NCBI GenBank assembly: GCA_037128175.1
Contig: JBAXWY010000048.1
Span: forward strand, 1-22,176
From: Methanothrix sp.
GTDB taxonomy: Archaea; Halobacteriota; Methanosarcinia; Methanotrichales; Methanotrichaceae
DNA length: 22,176 nt
Reading direction: 5' to 3'
The notes beneath the pieces are model-generated. The model did no database searches and was not told where the DNA came from. It saw only the letters and a list, made by a program, of their open reading frames with translations. The position numbers and the translations under genes were made by a program. Positions 7,494 through 16,777 of this stretch are shown here, piece by piece (position 1 is the stretch's first letter; the number at the start of each line of letters is the position of its first letter).

Positions 7494-9032
7494 TCATTTG
7501 GCGCGCCTCAAGGATGACAGGCTGGACTCTAAAAGCTCCCTGGCCTTTCTGACGAGTATCAAGTCTTCTCGGTCAAGGCTCTTTGTAATAATGATCAAGA
7601 TGACGTGAGTCGATGCCGCTAAAATAAATCCGCCAGCCAGTTCCAAAAGTCCATTCCCCGGTGGATGCTGCGATATCAGATAAACGGGAGCTGCTGCGAT
7701 GAAGGATGTAGCTATGATTTTTATGTACTCTGGAGTCAGTGGATGCATCCCGGTATGCCTGTAAAGACCTACTAAGAGAGCTATGCCTCCAATGGCTATG
7801 GAGAGTGCGGATGCTATTGCAGCTCCGGTTATTCCCATCTGTTGTATGAGGACTGCATTCAGTACAATATTCGCGATGCAGCTTAAGAGGTAAGCTCTGG
7901 TTATCGTGCCAGTCTTTCCCATGGCTATAAGAGCATAAAAGCTGGGGCCGCTTATTGTGCACAACATAATTCCCAGGGTCATGATCTGCAGTACCGGAGC
8001 GGCGCCTATGTATCTGGGTCCGTATAGTAAGTCCAACACGACCTCTGGCAGAAGGATGAAGATGATGGCCAGAGGAAGTGTCCCTATGAAACACCATTTA
8101 GTTGATGTAGCATATATTTTTTTCAGATCATTTAGTCTGTTTTGACTATATAATTTAGATGCAATGGGCACATATAAGGCGCCGAGCGATGTTAAAAAGA
8201 GCGTGTTCATATAGGCTAACGGAGGTGCGACGTTGTAAAGTCCTACCAATTCAGGCGTTTTAAAGTAGCCTATCATCAAGGTATCGGTCCATGTGAGTAT
8301 GGACATGAGCATATTGACGGCCAGAAGTGGAATTGAGAAAGACAGCAGGTCAAAGCACATAGGTCTTATATTGATCAACTCCATCCTGGCCATGGCCATG
8401 GGCAATTTCTTCCCAAAATATATGGAAAAGGCGATGCACGTCACCAGGACAGAGAGTATATTGGCCAGGATCGCCCCGTTTATAGATGAACCTGAGACGA
8501 AATAGGCTATCAGAAGGATCAATAAGCCCAGCGACTTCATCACAGAAAAATATGCGCTTGGCATAATCTTATCGAAACCCCTGAATATAGCTATATATAT
8601 AGTTATGAGCACCGAAAATGGTATGGAGATGGCCAGCAACCTGAGTGGCGTCAGAAGCTCCGGGTTTTTGAAGATGCCATTCGAGATTATTGGAGCGATC
8701 AGAATGGATAAGACCAGGAAGAACGAGCCAGAAATAAGGGCAATTTGCACTGATGACGTAATAGTATCTTTTATTTTGTTTATCTCTTCGGTTCCCCGGA
8801 AATAGGCAATATATCTCGTTACTCCCTCACCAAGCCCAAGAGAAGATACCAATATTATGATGCTTATGATGGTGGTGGCAAGAGAGTAGGTCCCAAATTC
8901 AGATTGGGTTGTGATCCTGACCACTAGGATCACGCTTATGAAGCCCAATAGCATGACTATAATGCTGGACATATAAATAGTCCCTGTGGCTCTGGCCAAC
9001 TTCATCAGCTCTGAGCCGGTATTATCGATCAT
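7494..9032 (-). CDS. Wzx/RfbX-like oligosaccharide/polysaccharide flippase (MOP superfamily)
   Basis: 512 aa with roughly 12-14 hydrophobic segments. Motifs EFGTYSLA, LGLGEGVTRYIA, WTDTLMIGYF...VGLYNVA, LLYGPRY, NIVLNAVLI..MGITGAAIAS. Confidence 0.9.
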   Translation of the reverse strand: MIDNTGSELMKLARATGTIYMSSIIVMLLGFISVILVVRITTQSEFGTYSLATTIISIIILVSSLGLGEGVTRYIAYFRGTEEINKIKDTITSSVQIALISGSFFLVLSILIAPIISNGIFKNPELLTPLRLLAISIPFSVLITIYIAIFRGFDKIMPSAYFSVMKSLGLLILLIAYFVSGSSINGAILANILSVLVTCIAFSIYFGKKLPMAMARMELINIRPMCFDLLSFSIPLLAVNMLMSILTWTDTLMIGYFKTPELVGLYNVAPPLAYMNTLFLTSLGALYVPIASKLYSQNRLNDLKKIYATSTKWCFIGTLPLAIIFILLPEVVLDLLYGPRYIGAAPVLQIMTLGIMLCTISGPSFYALIAMGKTGTITRAYLLSCIANIVLNAVLIQQMGITGAAIASALSIAIGGIALLVGLYRHTGMHPLTPEYIKIIATSFIAAAPVYLISQHPPGNGLLELAGGFILAASTHVILIIITKSLDREDLILVRKARELLESSLSSLRRAK

Positions 9033-9062
9033 ATAATCACAAGACCTGCCCCTTCTGGCAAA

Positions 9063-11285
9063 TCAAGCCCTTATGCACCTTGAGCCGCCATCATCGTAGA
9101 TCAGTTTCATCTTTTCTAACTGCATCTGGTAGTTCGTAATATTATGCCATATCCTATTGGAGTCCAGCAATCTTCCATTGACGGCTCCGCAGTATCTTAA
9201 ATAAATATTGCCAATGTCCGGAGCAGAATGTTTCACTATCAGGTCTTCCATATATATTGGGTATTGAATGCTGCCTTGGCTGGTCAACCGGTTTGTTCCT
9301 AAGAAGTCCGAATATATGTCAGTCCATTCCTCAGACTCTTCTTTTATCCATCTGGCTGCATAAGTCTCCTGGTCATGGATGTACAGTTCTTCAAACATCT
9401 GGCCATGAGAGTTCAAAGTTATCACCTTGTCGATGCCAAAGATCTGATGCATCGTCCCGGTGTTGCACAGGAGGTATGGTATTAGAACTATCAGCAAAGG
9501 CAGATGAGAGCGCCTTATATGCATGCATCTAGCGATTACCGTCGATCCGATGACAAAAAAGGGGGATGATATCACCATCATTTGTATATACAATCTATCA
9601 ATCCCATAAGCTCTGCCGATATAGGGTAGGGCCAAGGATGCCGCTAATATGCAAAAAGATGCTATTGCTAGAATGAAGAACTCTGGATCAGGCCTCTTTG
9701 CTGAAAAGAGGGTTTTGAAGCCCAGCTGGTCTGCGATCATTGAAAACACACCCACACTGAGAAAGATCACGGTCAGCCAGGTGAATGCCACCGTCATGAC
9801 CTGAGGGACTTGTTTCAAATCGAGTCCGACTCCAAAGGCCTGTGCAATGCCTACTCCTTTGGATTCCAGGCTAAAAAATTGGGGCAGGCTGTTATAGGTC
9901 TCCAGGACGAACTCTTTCAAGGAATAAAATGGTCCACCGGTCACTACCACATACCAGAAGATTATCATTGTCAGAAAGAGCAGCAGCATGAGCGAACTTA
10001 TTCTACGATTTTGTTCGGTATCTGTGAGGTGATTCCTGCAGCCATCTGCAAATTTTATACTTTGGAGTTTTGCATATATAGATCTTGACTGCATGACCAT
10101 CCATGTGAAAAAGATGATTAAAAAAAATATATATGTAGTAGAATAATGAGTGAGAATGCAAGAATAGGAGAAGATGATGAACAAAATGTCTCTGGCAACT
10201 TTATCTATTTGGGGATGAAATATCACCATCATGGAAAGGGCGAAAAATAGGACCGCCGTGCTGGTGCGCGGGTTGTACGATGCCCATATAAATCCCAGTT
10301 GGGACATGAAGAAGATCGATGCCAGCATAGCTGGAAAGCTCTCCAAAAGCCTCTTGCTGGTGATGTAGACGATCAAAGGAGATATTGAAAATATTACAGG
10401 ATATAAAATTTTAAACAATAGTTCAGGATCGATGTTCAATATTGATTGATATACCGCAGGCAATATGGAGACGCTCAGGCAGGCGTCCAAAAGCCTGAAT
10501 ACTGAATCGCCGGAATGGGTCTGTTGCCAGATCCCACTGTCTATCGTCCTCAAGAAGATGTAATACTCATTGTGGATATCAACTCCAATGAGATGATTTG
10601 ACCTTAGAGCCAAAACCAGCACTATGGAGATGCTGATGAGAAATATGACTGCAGGATAAACTCTCTCTCTAACCGAGTCATGAACATAACTCAGAAGGAT
10701 AACATAGGCAGAGACGGATAAGAAGAGCATCATCAGAAGACTGTTATCGGCCTTTGCATTCATCATATGCGATCCCAGGATGCTCAATGATGTAAATATG
10801 ATTGGTGGGATCAAAAGGGCCTTCTCTCTGGCATCCAGCTTGGGAATAGATAATTCAAAAGGCTTTGAACCATCCTTTAGGTAGGAGATGGTTGCGAGGG
10901 CCACTAGAGACAGGCTCATGGTGATGACCAAGGAGTTGATCGAAAAGGGCCTATTAAATACCAAGCGAGGATAAATATAATTTATGAGCAAGCCCGAGAA
11001 TATGATGTAAGAAAATGACAGCCCAGTGACCAATATCAGCTTGTCCAATACGGGTATAGATCGATTTAATCTCAACATCCCCAGAAGCAGAGCTCCTGGT
11101 AAGATGGTCAGATAAATAAATCCCAGAATCTGCCTGAGAAAAGGAATATCTAACCATATTGCCAGGTCCGTCAATATCACCATCGCCACGGTCAAGGCGA
11201 GGGTGTTATTGCACCTCTTGATAATGTTTAGCAGTATCCGTCTCATTGGGTTCCAATCGCCACCGGCTCCTTTCATCAAGTCCAA
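9063..11285 (-). CDS. DUF2206-family multi-pass membrane protein; start may be ATG 11276 or 11246
   Basis: 740 aa, many TM segments. Motifs typical of archaeal DUF2206: LTILPG, GxDIHxEYY, CLSVSILP, HYSTTY, RLY, DQETYAARW, IYSD, LIYDDGGS. Sits in a glycan cluster. Confidence 0.8.
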   Translation of the reverse strand: MDLMKGAGGDWNPMRRILLNIIKRCNNTLALTVAMVILTDLAIWLDIPFLRQILGFIYLTILPGALLLGMLRLNRSIPVLDKLILVTGLSFSYIIFSGLLINYIYPRLVFNRPFSINSLVITMSLSLVALATISYLKDGSKPFELSIPKLDAREKALLIPPIIFTSLSILGSHMMNAKADNSLLMMLFLSVSAYVILLSYVHDSVRERVYPAVIFLISISIVLVLALRSNHLIGVDIHNEYYIFLRTIDSGIWQQTHSGDSVFRLLDACLSVSILPAVYQSILNIDPELLFKILYPVIFSISPLIVYITSKRLLESFPAMLASIFFMSQLGFIWASYNPRTSTAVLFFALSMMVIFHPQIDKVARDILFIIFSYSCILTHYSTTYIFFLIIFFTWMVMQSRSIYAKLQSIKFADGCRNHLTDTEQNRRISSLMLLLFLTMIIFWYVVVTGGPFYSLKEFVLETYNSLPQFFSLESKGVGIAQAFGVGLDLKQVPQVMTVAFTWLTVIFLSVGVFSMIADQLGFKTLFSAKRPDPEFFILAIASFCILAASLALPYIGRAYGIDRLYIQMMVISSPFFVIGSTVIARCMHIRRSHLPLLIVLIPYLLCNTGTMHQIFGIDKVITLNSHGQMFEELYIHDQETYAARWIKEESEEWTDIYSDFLGTNRLTSQGSIQYPIYMEDLIVKHSAPDIGNIYLRYCGAVNGRLLDSNRIWHNITNYQMQLEKMKLIYDDGGSRCIRA

Positions 11286-11313
11286 GGAAATTCCCTATGC
11301 CCGTGACGCAGGC

Positions 11314-12492
11314 TTAGCCTTCGATGCTCTCAAGGGCGCTTTGCCAGTTCCCCACAGCAACCTCGTAGCTGAACTCTTTCTCTACCAGACATCTCGCGTT
11401 CCTGGCAATCCTGTCCAGTTCCGGGCTTTCCAGGGCACGAACGGCATTCTCTATTATGCACCCAGGTGAGTTGTCCTCCATTAGGAAGCCAGTCTCTCCG
11501 TCTTTTATATAATTACTTATCGCTCCCACGGGGGTCGCCAGAACGACTGCGCCGCAGGCCATTGCCTCTAGCATGATGTTGGGAAGTCCCTCGGTATATG
11601 AAGGCAATATAAGCAATCTGAGATCTTTCAGATATCTCGGCAGATCCTGATGGTTGATCCATCCGGGCATCTTTACTCTTGCCAGGTTGTCTTTGCCTAT
11701 TGCTTCGACCATCTTCTCAGCCAGAGGTCCACTGCCGCCAATCAGGATACGATCCTGGCTGAAATGCTTCAACAATTCGGGTATGGACCTGGCCAGGTTC
11801 ATAGCACCCTTCTCGGCTCCAAAGCGTCCTATGTATCCCAGCAAGTGCTCTCTTTTCATGCTATCTTTGCCAAACCCAAACTCCTCCAGATCCAGAAAAT
11901 GGTTGTGAGCTATGGCTATCTTGGCCCGGTACTTCTCCAGGTGCCAGTCTTTGATAAGCAGGGCAGAGAAGAGCACAATCTTGTGCGATAACCTGTAGTT
12001 GCAGAGCTCCAGAAATTTCATCATCTTGAAGACCAGAGATGGTTTTTTTTCAGCATCGACCCAGTTGGGAACTGATGCCGCCAGGCTCAGCACTGTGGGC
12101 TTTCCTGTGATCCTGGCGGCTAATATCGGCAGTAAAAGGCATTCTCCTTCGAAGAATATGAACATATCTACTTTATTGATAATGGAGAGCACGTGATATG
12201 ATATACTCATCTGTATAAATATATATTGAATTATCTCCCGTATCATGTTGCTTTGTGCTTTGCTCGTCAGGGAGCAGCCGCAAATATATTCCCTCTTTTT
12301 TAGCACTTCTCCTGCATCGTTTCCAGTTATGACATAAAGATAGCTGGATAGTGAATACAGCACATCTACCAGGTTGGATAGTGGAATGATGCCGGCTTTC
12401 GGCCTAGGAGTGGTGATTATGCAAATGCGTGGCCTTTCCTTATCAGCTTGCTTCAATGCACTCATTTCCCCTGGAATGTATTTAGTCTCCAT
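11314..12492 (-). CDS. Glycosyltransferase family 4 (GT-B)
   Basis: YIGRFGAEKG and LPSYTEGLPNIMLEAMACGAVVLATPVG (E-X7-E), GETGFL. Confidence 0.92.
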   Translation of the reverse strand: METKYIPGEMSALKQADKERPRICIITTPRPKAGIIPLSNLVDVLYSLSSYLYVITGNDAGEVLKKREYICGCSLTSKAQSNMIREIIQYIFIQMSISYHVLSIINKVDMFIFFEGECLLLPILAARITGKPTVLSLAASVPNWVDAEKKPSLVFKMMKFLELCNYRLSHKIVLFSALLIKDWHLEKYRAKIAIAHNHFLDLEEFGFGKDSMKREHLLGYIGRFGAEKGAMNLARSIPELLKHFSQDRILIGGSGPLAEKMVEAIGKDNLARVKMPGWINHQDLPRYLKDLRLLILPSYTEGLPNIMLEAMACGAVVLATPVGAISNYIKDGETGFLMEDNSPGCIIENAVRALESPELDRIARNARCLVEKEFSYEVAVGNWQSALESIEG

Positions 12493-12493
12493 A

Positions 12494-13660
12494 TCAGCTA
12501 GATGCAGTTTGTTTATGGGTGTTGATTATCTCTTTATAAACATCTATGTGCCTCTTGGCTATGACATCCCAGGAGAGCCCCAGGCGCATCTTAAGAATAT
12601 TCGTCCTCATCTTATCTCTGAGATCATCATCCTTTAGGAGCTGTATGATGGCCTGCGCCAGGGAGATGGGATCTTGGGGTGGCACTAGGCGTCCCGTTTC
12701 TTTATCCAACAGAGCTTCGCTGAAACCCCCTACGTTACTTGATACCACCGGCTTCCCAAATGCATAGGCAATCTTTAACACACCGCTCTCCCCGCTCATG
12801 CTGGCATAGGGGAGCACAACCAGGGTGGCTCTCTGAAACAGCCCGGAAACCTGTTCATCTGAGAGGTATTCGTTGTGTATCTCCAGAGTTGATGAGTCGC
12901 ATTTGCGAATGAGGTCCTGGTAGGGCGAGAGATCACCTTCTCCGGCGATGATGGTCAACACGTCGCTCACCTCTTTATTGATCAGAGGTACTGCTTGGAG
13001 CAGGTATTCCATGCCTTTATATTTTTTTATATATCCAAAGAACAGGATGCACTTCTTACCAGGAGGGTTGCCCGCTGACAGTTCTTCCTGATCGCAGGTT
13101 TTGAATAGGTCGTAGATCCCGTGCGGAATTACTGCCAGCCGATTCTCACTAATTTTTCCTGATTTGATCCATTCTATCTTATCATTCTGGGTATGAACTA
13201 TTATCTTATCGCAGTTGATAAGCCCTTCAAAGAGATTGACTCCCACTTCCGCAAGGGATTCCAGGCAAAGCCCGGAAAGCAGGCGGAGGTGGTGCTTGGT
13301 GTGTGCTATTGGATATCTGGAATTCAATCCATAGAGCCGCATGAAGATGGGAATTGTGGGAAATAATGGAGTGGTGAAATGGATGATATCTGGCCGTATC
13401 TCGTCAATTATTTTTATTTCTTTGAAGGAGAGAAACCCAGATATACAATTCAGAGAGAGGGCCTTTTTCAGATCTTTCACTGAGAAGCTTAATTTGCCGA
13501 ATATCTTTATGAGTTCAACATCATCAGAGAAGTAGCCTGCCCTGATTCCCTTGCTCCCCAGGACCACCACATCTTCGTACTTGGATACTGCGTTTGCCAG
13601 CTCTGATGTATAGTGAGGCAAACCCCCCCAATCATAGGGAATAAGATAGAGAACCTTCAT
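12494..13660 (-). CDS. Glycosyltransferase family 4 (GT-B)
   Basis: WGGLPHY, VIPHG, LFFGYIKKYKG, VLPY...SGVLKIAYAFGKPVVSSNVGG, TGRLVPP. Stop lies 1 nt before the next GT4 start. Confidence 0.92.
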   Translation of the reverse strand: MKVLYLIPYDWGGLPHYTSELANAVSKYEDVVVLGSKGIRAGYFSDDVELIKIFGKLSFSVKDLKKALSLNCISGFLSFKEIKIIDEIRPDIIHFTTPLFPTIPIFMRLYGLNSRYPIAHTKHHLRLLSGLCLESLAEVGVNLFEGLINCDKIIVHTQNDKIEWIKSGKISENRLAVIPHGIYDLFKTCDQEELSAGNPPGKKCILFFGYIKKYKGMEYLLQAVPLINKEVSDVLTIIAGEGDLSPYQDLIRKCDSSTLEIHNEYLSDEQVSGLFQRATLVVLPYASMSGESGVLKIAYAFGKPVVSSNVGGFSEALLDKETGRLVPPQDPISLAQAIIQLLKDDDLRDKMRTNILKMRLGLSWDVIAKRHIDVYKEIINTHKQTASS

Positions 13661-13744
13661 CTAGTACAACCACCCTAAGACAAAGGTTTGAGGAAGGAGA
13701 AGACTTCATGTTTCATGCTGGGTTTCAAAGCGTCTAAACATATT

Positions 13745-14641
13745 TCAATCTTGCGAGGAGATTGCTGCAGCATGCTTGGAGACGGAATAATGTCGTGCTA
13801 TCCCCGCGAAGATCATGCCTGCCCCAACCAGGATCAGCATGGTTATCGACAGCGCTTCAGCTGGTTGCGTGTTTCCTCCCTGCATGAGCACATTCAGCGA
13901 ATGCAGCCCTCCTACAAATCCTGCTCCAACAAATGCCATCCCTGGAAATGCGAAATATTGTAGCGGCTTTCTCTCTTTGAGCATTCTCATAAGGTACATG
14001 ATGACATTCAAGCCATGGGTAACTGGATCTTGTTTTGAGGTATTTTCTAAATCATAATTGCAGCAGATAGCTACCTCTTTGATTCTGAGGTTGTTCTCAT
14101 TTATCTGAAGAAGGATCTCTGAGCCAGCGGACATTCCATTCCCGCTGATCTGCATGGCCTCTATTGCACGACGACTGTAGGCCCGAAACCCGCATTGGCT
14201 ATCGCTGACTTCGGTCTCACCTATGAAGTTGGTTATAGCATCAAGTACTTTCATGCCAGCCTTACGGTAAAGTGGCATCTTTTCGGCCTTTTTGGTGATG
14301 AATCTGGACCCGATCACAATATCATATCCTCTACTGATGGGCTCCAGCAACTTGGGTATATCTTCTGAGTCGTGCTGACCGTCTGAGTCAATGATTACCA
14401 TTCTATCAGCGCTCATTATTCTTGCTTCTTCAAAGCAACTCCTCAGAGCAGCACCATAGCCCATATTTCTAGGATGACGTACTACATGCGCATTTAGAGA
14501 TAGGGCTATCTGGGCAGTAGCGTCGATGCTACCATCATCAACAACAACGACCTTGTCTACATACCTCTGGCAACCTCTGATTACATCGGCGATTGACATT
14601 TCTTCATTATAGGCTGGCATTGATGCGATGGTTAACGTCAT
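13745..14641 (-). CDS. Glycosyltransferase family 2, DPM1/polyprenol-phosphate-sugar synthase-like, with two C-terminal TM helices
   Basis: PAYNEE, VVDDGS, NMGYGAA, DSDGQH, GSRF, DSQCGFRA; hydrophobic C-terminus. Confidence 0.92.
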   Translation of the reverse strand: MTLTIASMPAYNEEMSIADVIRGCQRYVDKVVVVDDGSIDATAQIALSLNAHVVRHPRNMGYGAALRSCFEEARIMSADRMVIIDSDGQHDSEDIPKLLEPISRGYDIVIGSRFITKKAEKMPLYRKAGMKVLDAITNFIGETEVSDSQCGFRAYSRRAIEAMQISGNGMSAGSEILLQINENNLRIKEVAICCNYDLENTSKQDPVTHGLNVIMYLMRMLKERKPLQYFAFPGMAFVGAGFVGGLHSLNVLMQGGNTQPAEALSITMLILVGAGMIFAGIARHYSVSKHAAAISSQD

Positions 14642-14829
14642 GAGTGATTACCCCTTCATGCGGTGCCATGCCATAATTGCTGCAAATTCGCAGTGGCTCT
14701 GCACCATGATTCGATTTCCTCAAGCTGTTCCGATGCAAGACATTTCGTCCGCATTGCAAACTTGCACAACTCCAGAAATAACATCAGGAAAATTGTTTTA
14801 TTCATTCGGGCCACCCCTACCTAATAAGT

Positions 14830-14842
14830 AATATTTATACGC
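14830..14842 (-). promoter_or_regulatory. Candidate TATA box for the GT2-GT4-GT4-DUF2206-flippase operon
   Basis: Minus strand reads tataaata (14839-14832), about 190 nt upstream of the GT2 ATG. The region is AT-rich, so specificity is low. Confidence 0.3.
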
Positions 14843-15533
14843 GCATATCTAGACGATTGCGTACAAATAATCGGTGATCTTCATCATTTGAAAGATTATT
14901 TGTAAATATTTTGAAAATTTTGAATTATAGGGCCTAGATTTACGATTTAGATTATTTGGAGGATTAAACAGCAAATAGATACCGATTTATGTATCAAAAA
15001 AACAAAAGACTTCTATTTAGGATACGATAATTGGTGTTCAGATGGATGCGAATATGGTTGCTTACTTTCAAAGTTTATATGCTTTTTTTGACCACTAACT
15101 GTTTATAATATTTTCAAAGTAAATATCCGATATTTGTTTTAGAATACCAATTTTTGTAAATATATTTGATACAATTTTTTGTCTAATGTGGAATAAATTA
15201 ACCCTTTGATTGAATCGAGAGTTAACAAAATTATTACATCAAATTTAGATTTTTTTGCTATGATCGTGCAATTTGTCCACACATCTGTCCAAGTCTCTGC
15301 CTCATTATTGTATGCACCATTAATTATTAACAATATTTCGTCGTAGTTGTTTAAACATAAAATTTTAATAAAAATATTTACTCTGCGTTATGCAACTTCA
15401 TTCTCGCCCAAATTCGCATCGCTAACATGAGGGGCCATTCCAGATCAATTGAAAAAAAGCCTACCCTAAGCCTGCACCCAAGTGGATCGCCTTCCAATTT
15501 ATGGGTGCTACAGAGTCTATGGTCTGGATCGTT

Positions 15534-16574
15534 TCACTTAATTAGCCCCAATATTTCCTGGAGAATCGATTTGGCTTTTGCTGCGGATGCTTCTATGCCA
15601 GATGTTCTGCAATATGATAAAGCGGATATGGGTACCATAATTGCAAAATAAAAAATACATTGAGATATATATTGGGCCTTAGTGGGCGAACAAATTTTTA
15701 AAAAAAACAGCCTATCCTTTAATCTAAAATGGCCTGTCTCCCCCAATAGAGCTTTTCGTTCGGTCATATTGCTCATTAGCTCGTTTCTCGACCTTGCGAC
15801 TTTGTGCCAAATCTTAGAATCTGGTACACAGACCACTTTAAAGTTCTCTCTTCTTGCACGAGTACAGAACTCGTGATCTTCATAGCCAAATGGGAATCTA
15901 GTGTCAAATAGTGATATAATATTAAATACTGTATTTTTTATAATCATGGCGCAACCTGAGACACTATCAACTTCTTCTACTCTGCAAGTCTCAATTTCTT
16001 TGATTTCCCCGGTCCACCAATTTATCTTTGTACCCTTTGCCCAGATCATATCGGGTTTATCATAATAGTAACACGTTGATCCTGCAATACCTACTTCCAT
16101 ATCATTTTCTATGGCATCGACCAAAATATCTAAGAAATCATGGGCAACTATTGTGTCGTTGTTTAATATAAATATATATTCGGTACCATTGTTAAGAGCA
16201 AATTCGATTCCAATATTATTTCCTTGCGCGAATCCATAATTTTTTTTATTTTTAATGATAATTAGCCTTCTATTAGGAGGTAGATCCTCACTTATAATGT
16301 CAGTTATATCACTTTTGATTTCCATTTCATCTTTTGTATATTCATCAATACTTATTGGCTTGTTTTCGCGATTGAATGAAATAAAATTGGACTCAACAAT
16401 CATCCCCCCTTCACAGTATTTTCTAATCATTTCAATCGAATTATCTTTAGAGCCATTATCTACTACAATAACCTCATAGTTCGGATAAGTAATCTGGTAT
16501 AAGGACTCCAGGCATTCGATAGTATCTTCCCAGCCATTCCAATTTAAGATTATTATTCCGACTCTTGGTTTCAT
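15534..16574 (-). CDS. Glycosyltransferase family 2 (WbbL/rhamnosyltransferase-like subgroup)
   Basis: IIILNWNG..DTIECLESL, VVDNGS, NYGFAQGNN, LNND, SGCAM, YEDHEF, KIWH. Confidence 0.92.
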   Translation of the reverse strand: MKPRVGIIILNWNGWEDTIECLESLYQITYPNYEVIVVDNGSKDNSIEMIRKYCEGGMIVESNFISFNRENKPISIDEYTKDEMEIKSDITDIISEDLPPNRRLIIIKNKKNYGFAQGNNIGIEFALNNGTEYIFILNNDTIVAHDFLDILVDAIENDMEVGIAGSTCYYYDKPDMIWAKGTKINWWTGEIKEIETCRVEEVDSVSGCAMIIKNTVFNIISLFDTRFPFGYEDHEFCTRARRENFKVVCVPDSKIWHKVARSRNELMSNMTERKALLGETGHFRLKDRLFFLKICSPTKAQYISQCIFYFAIMVPISALSYCRTSGIEASAAKAKSILQEILGLIK

Positions 16575-16719
16575 TCTTTACACCTTATACGTATCGATAT
16601 TGATTTCTAAACCCATCTGTCGTGCCATACCCAGAAATATCGCTATCCACTCTCGCCGCTAAGCCGTTGTGTCAACTGCGGCAAAAACCCCTCAATACCA
16701 GCCAAACGAAATTGCTCAG

Positions 16720-16736
16720 GCATATAAATATCTATG
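16720..16736 (-). promoter_or_regulatory. Candidate TATA box for the 346-aa GT2
   Basis: Minus strand reads agata-tttatatg, about 150 nt upstream of the ATG. Confidence 0.3.
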
Positions 16737-16777
16737 CCCATTCGCAAATTGAAGATGCCAATGGTTTAAAAATAGGA

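Noticed and set aside
7573-8097. 174-aa alternative-frame ORF within the flippase, and the other short overlapping or antisense ORFs in the track
   Set aside because: They lie within well-supported genes, have no recognisable motifs, and are expected shadow ORFs.
15139-15333. 64-aa ORF and a nearby MCGQIA peptide resembling an Ntn-amidotransferase (AsnB/GlmS) start
   Set aside because: TTG start and no family motif for the 64-aa ORF; the MCGQIA frame stops after a few codons with no HRGPD-like motif following, so a pseudogene call is unsupported.
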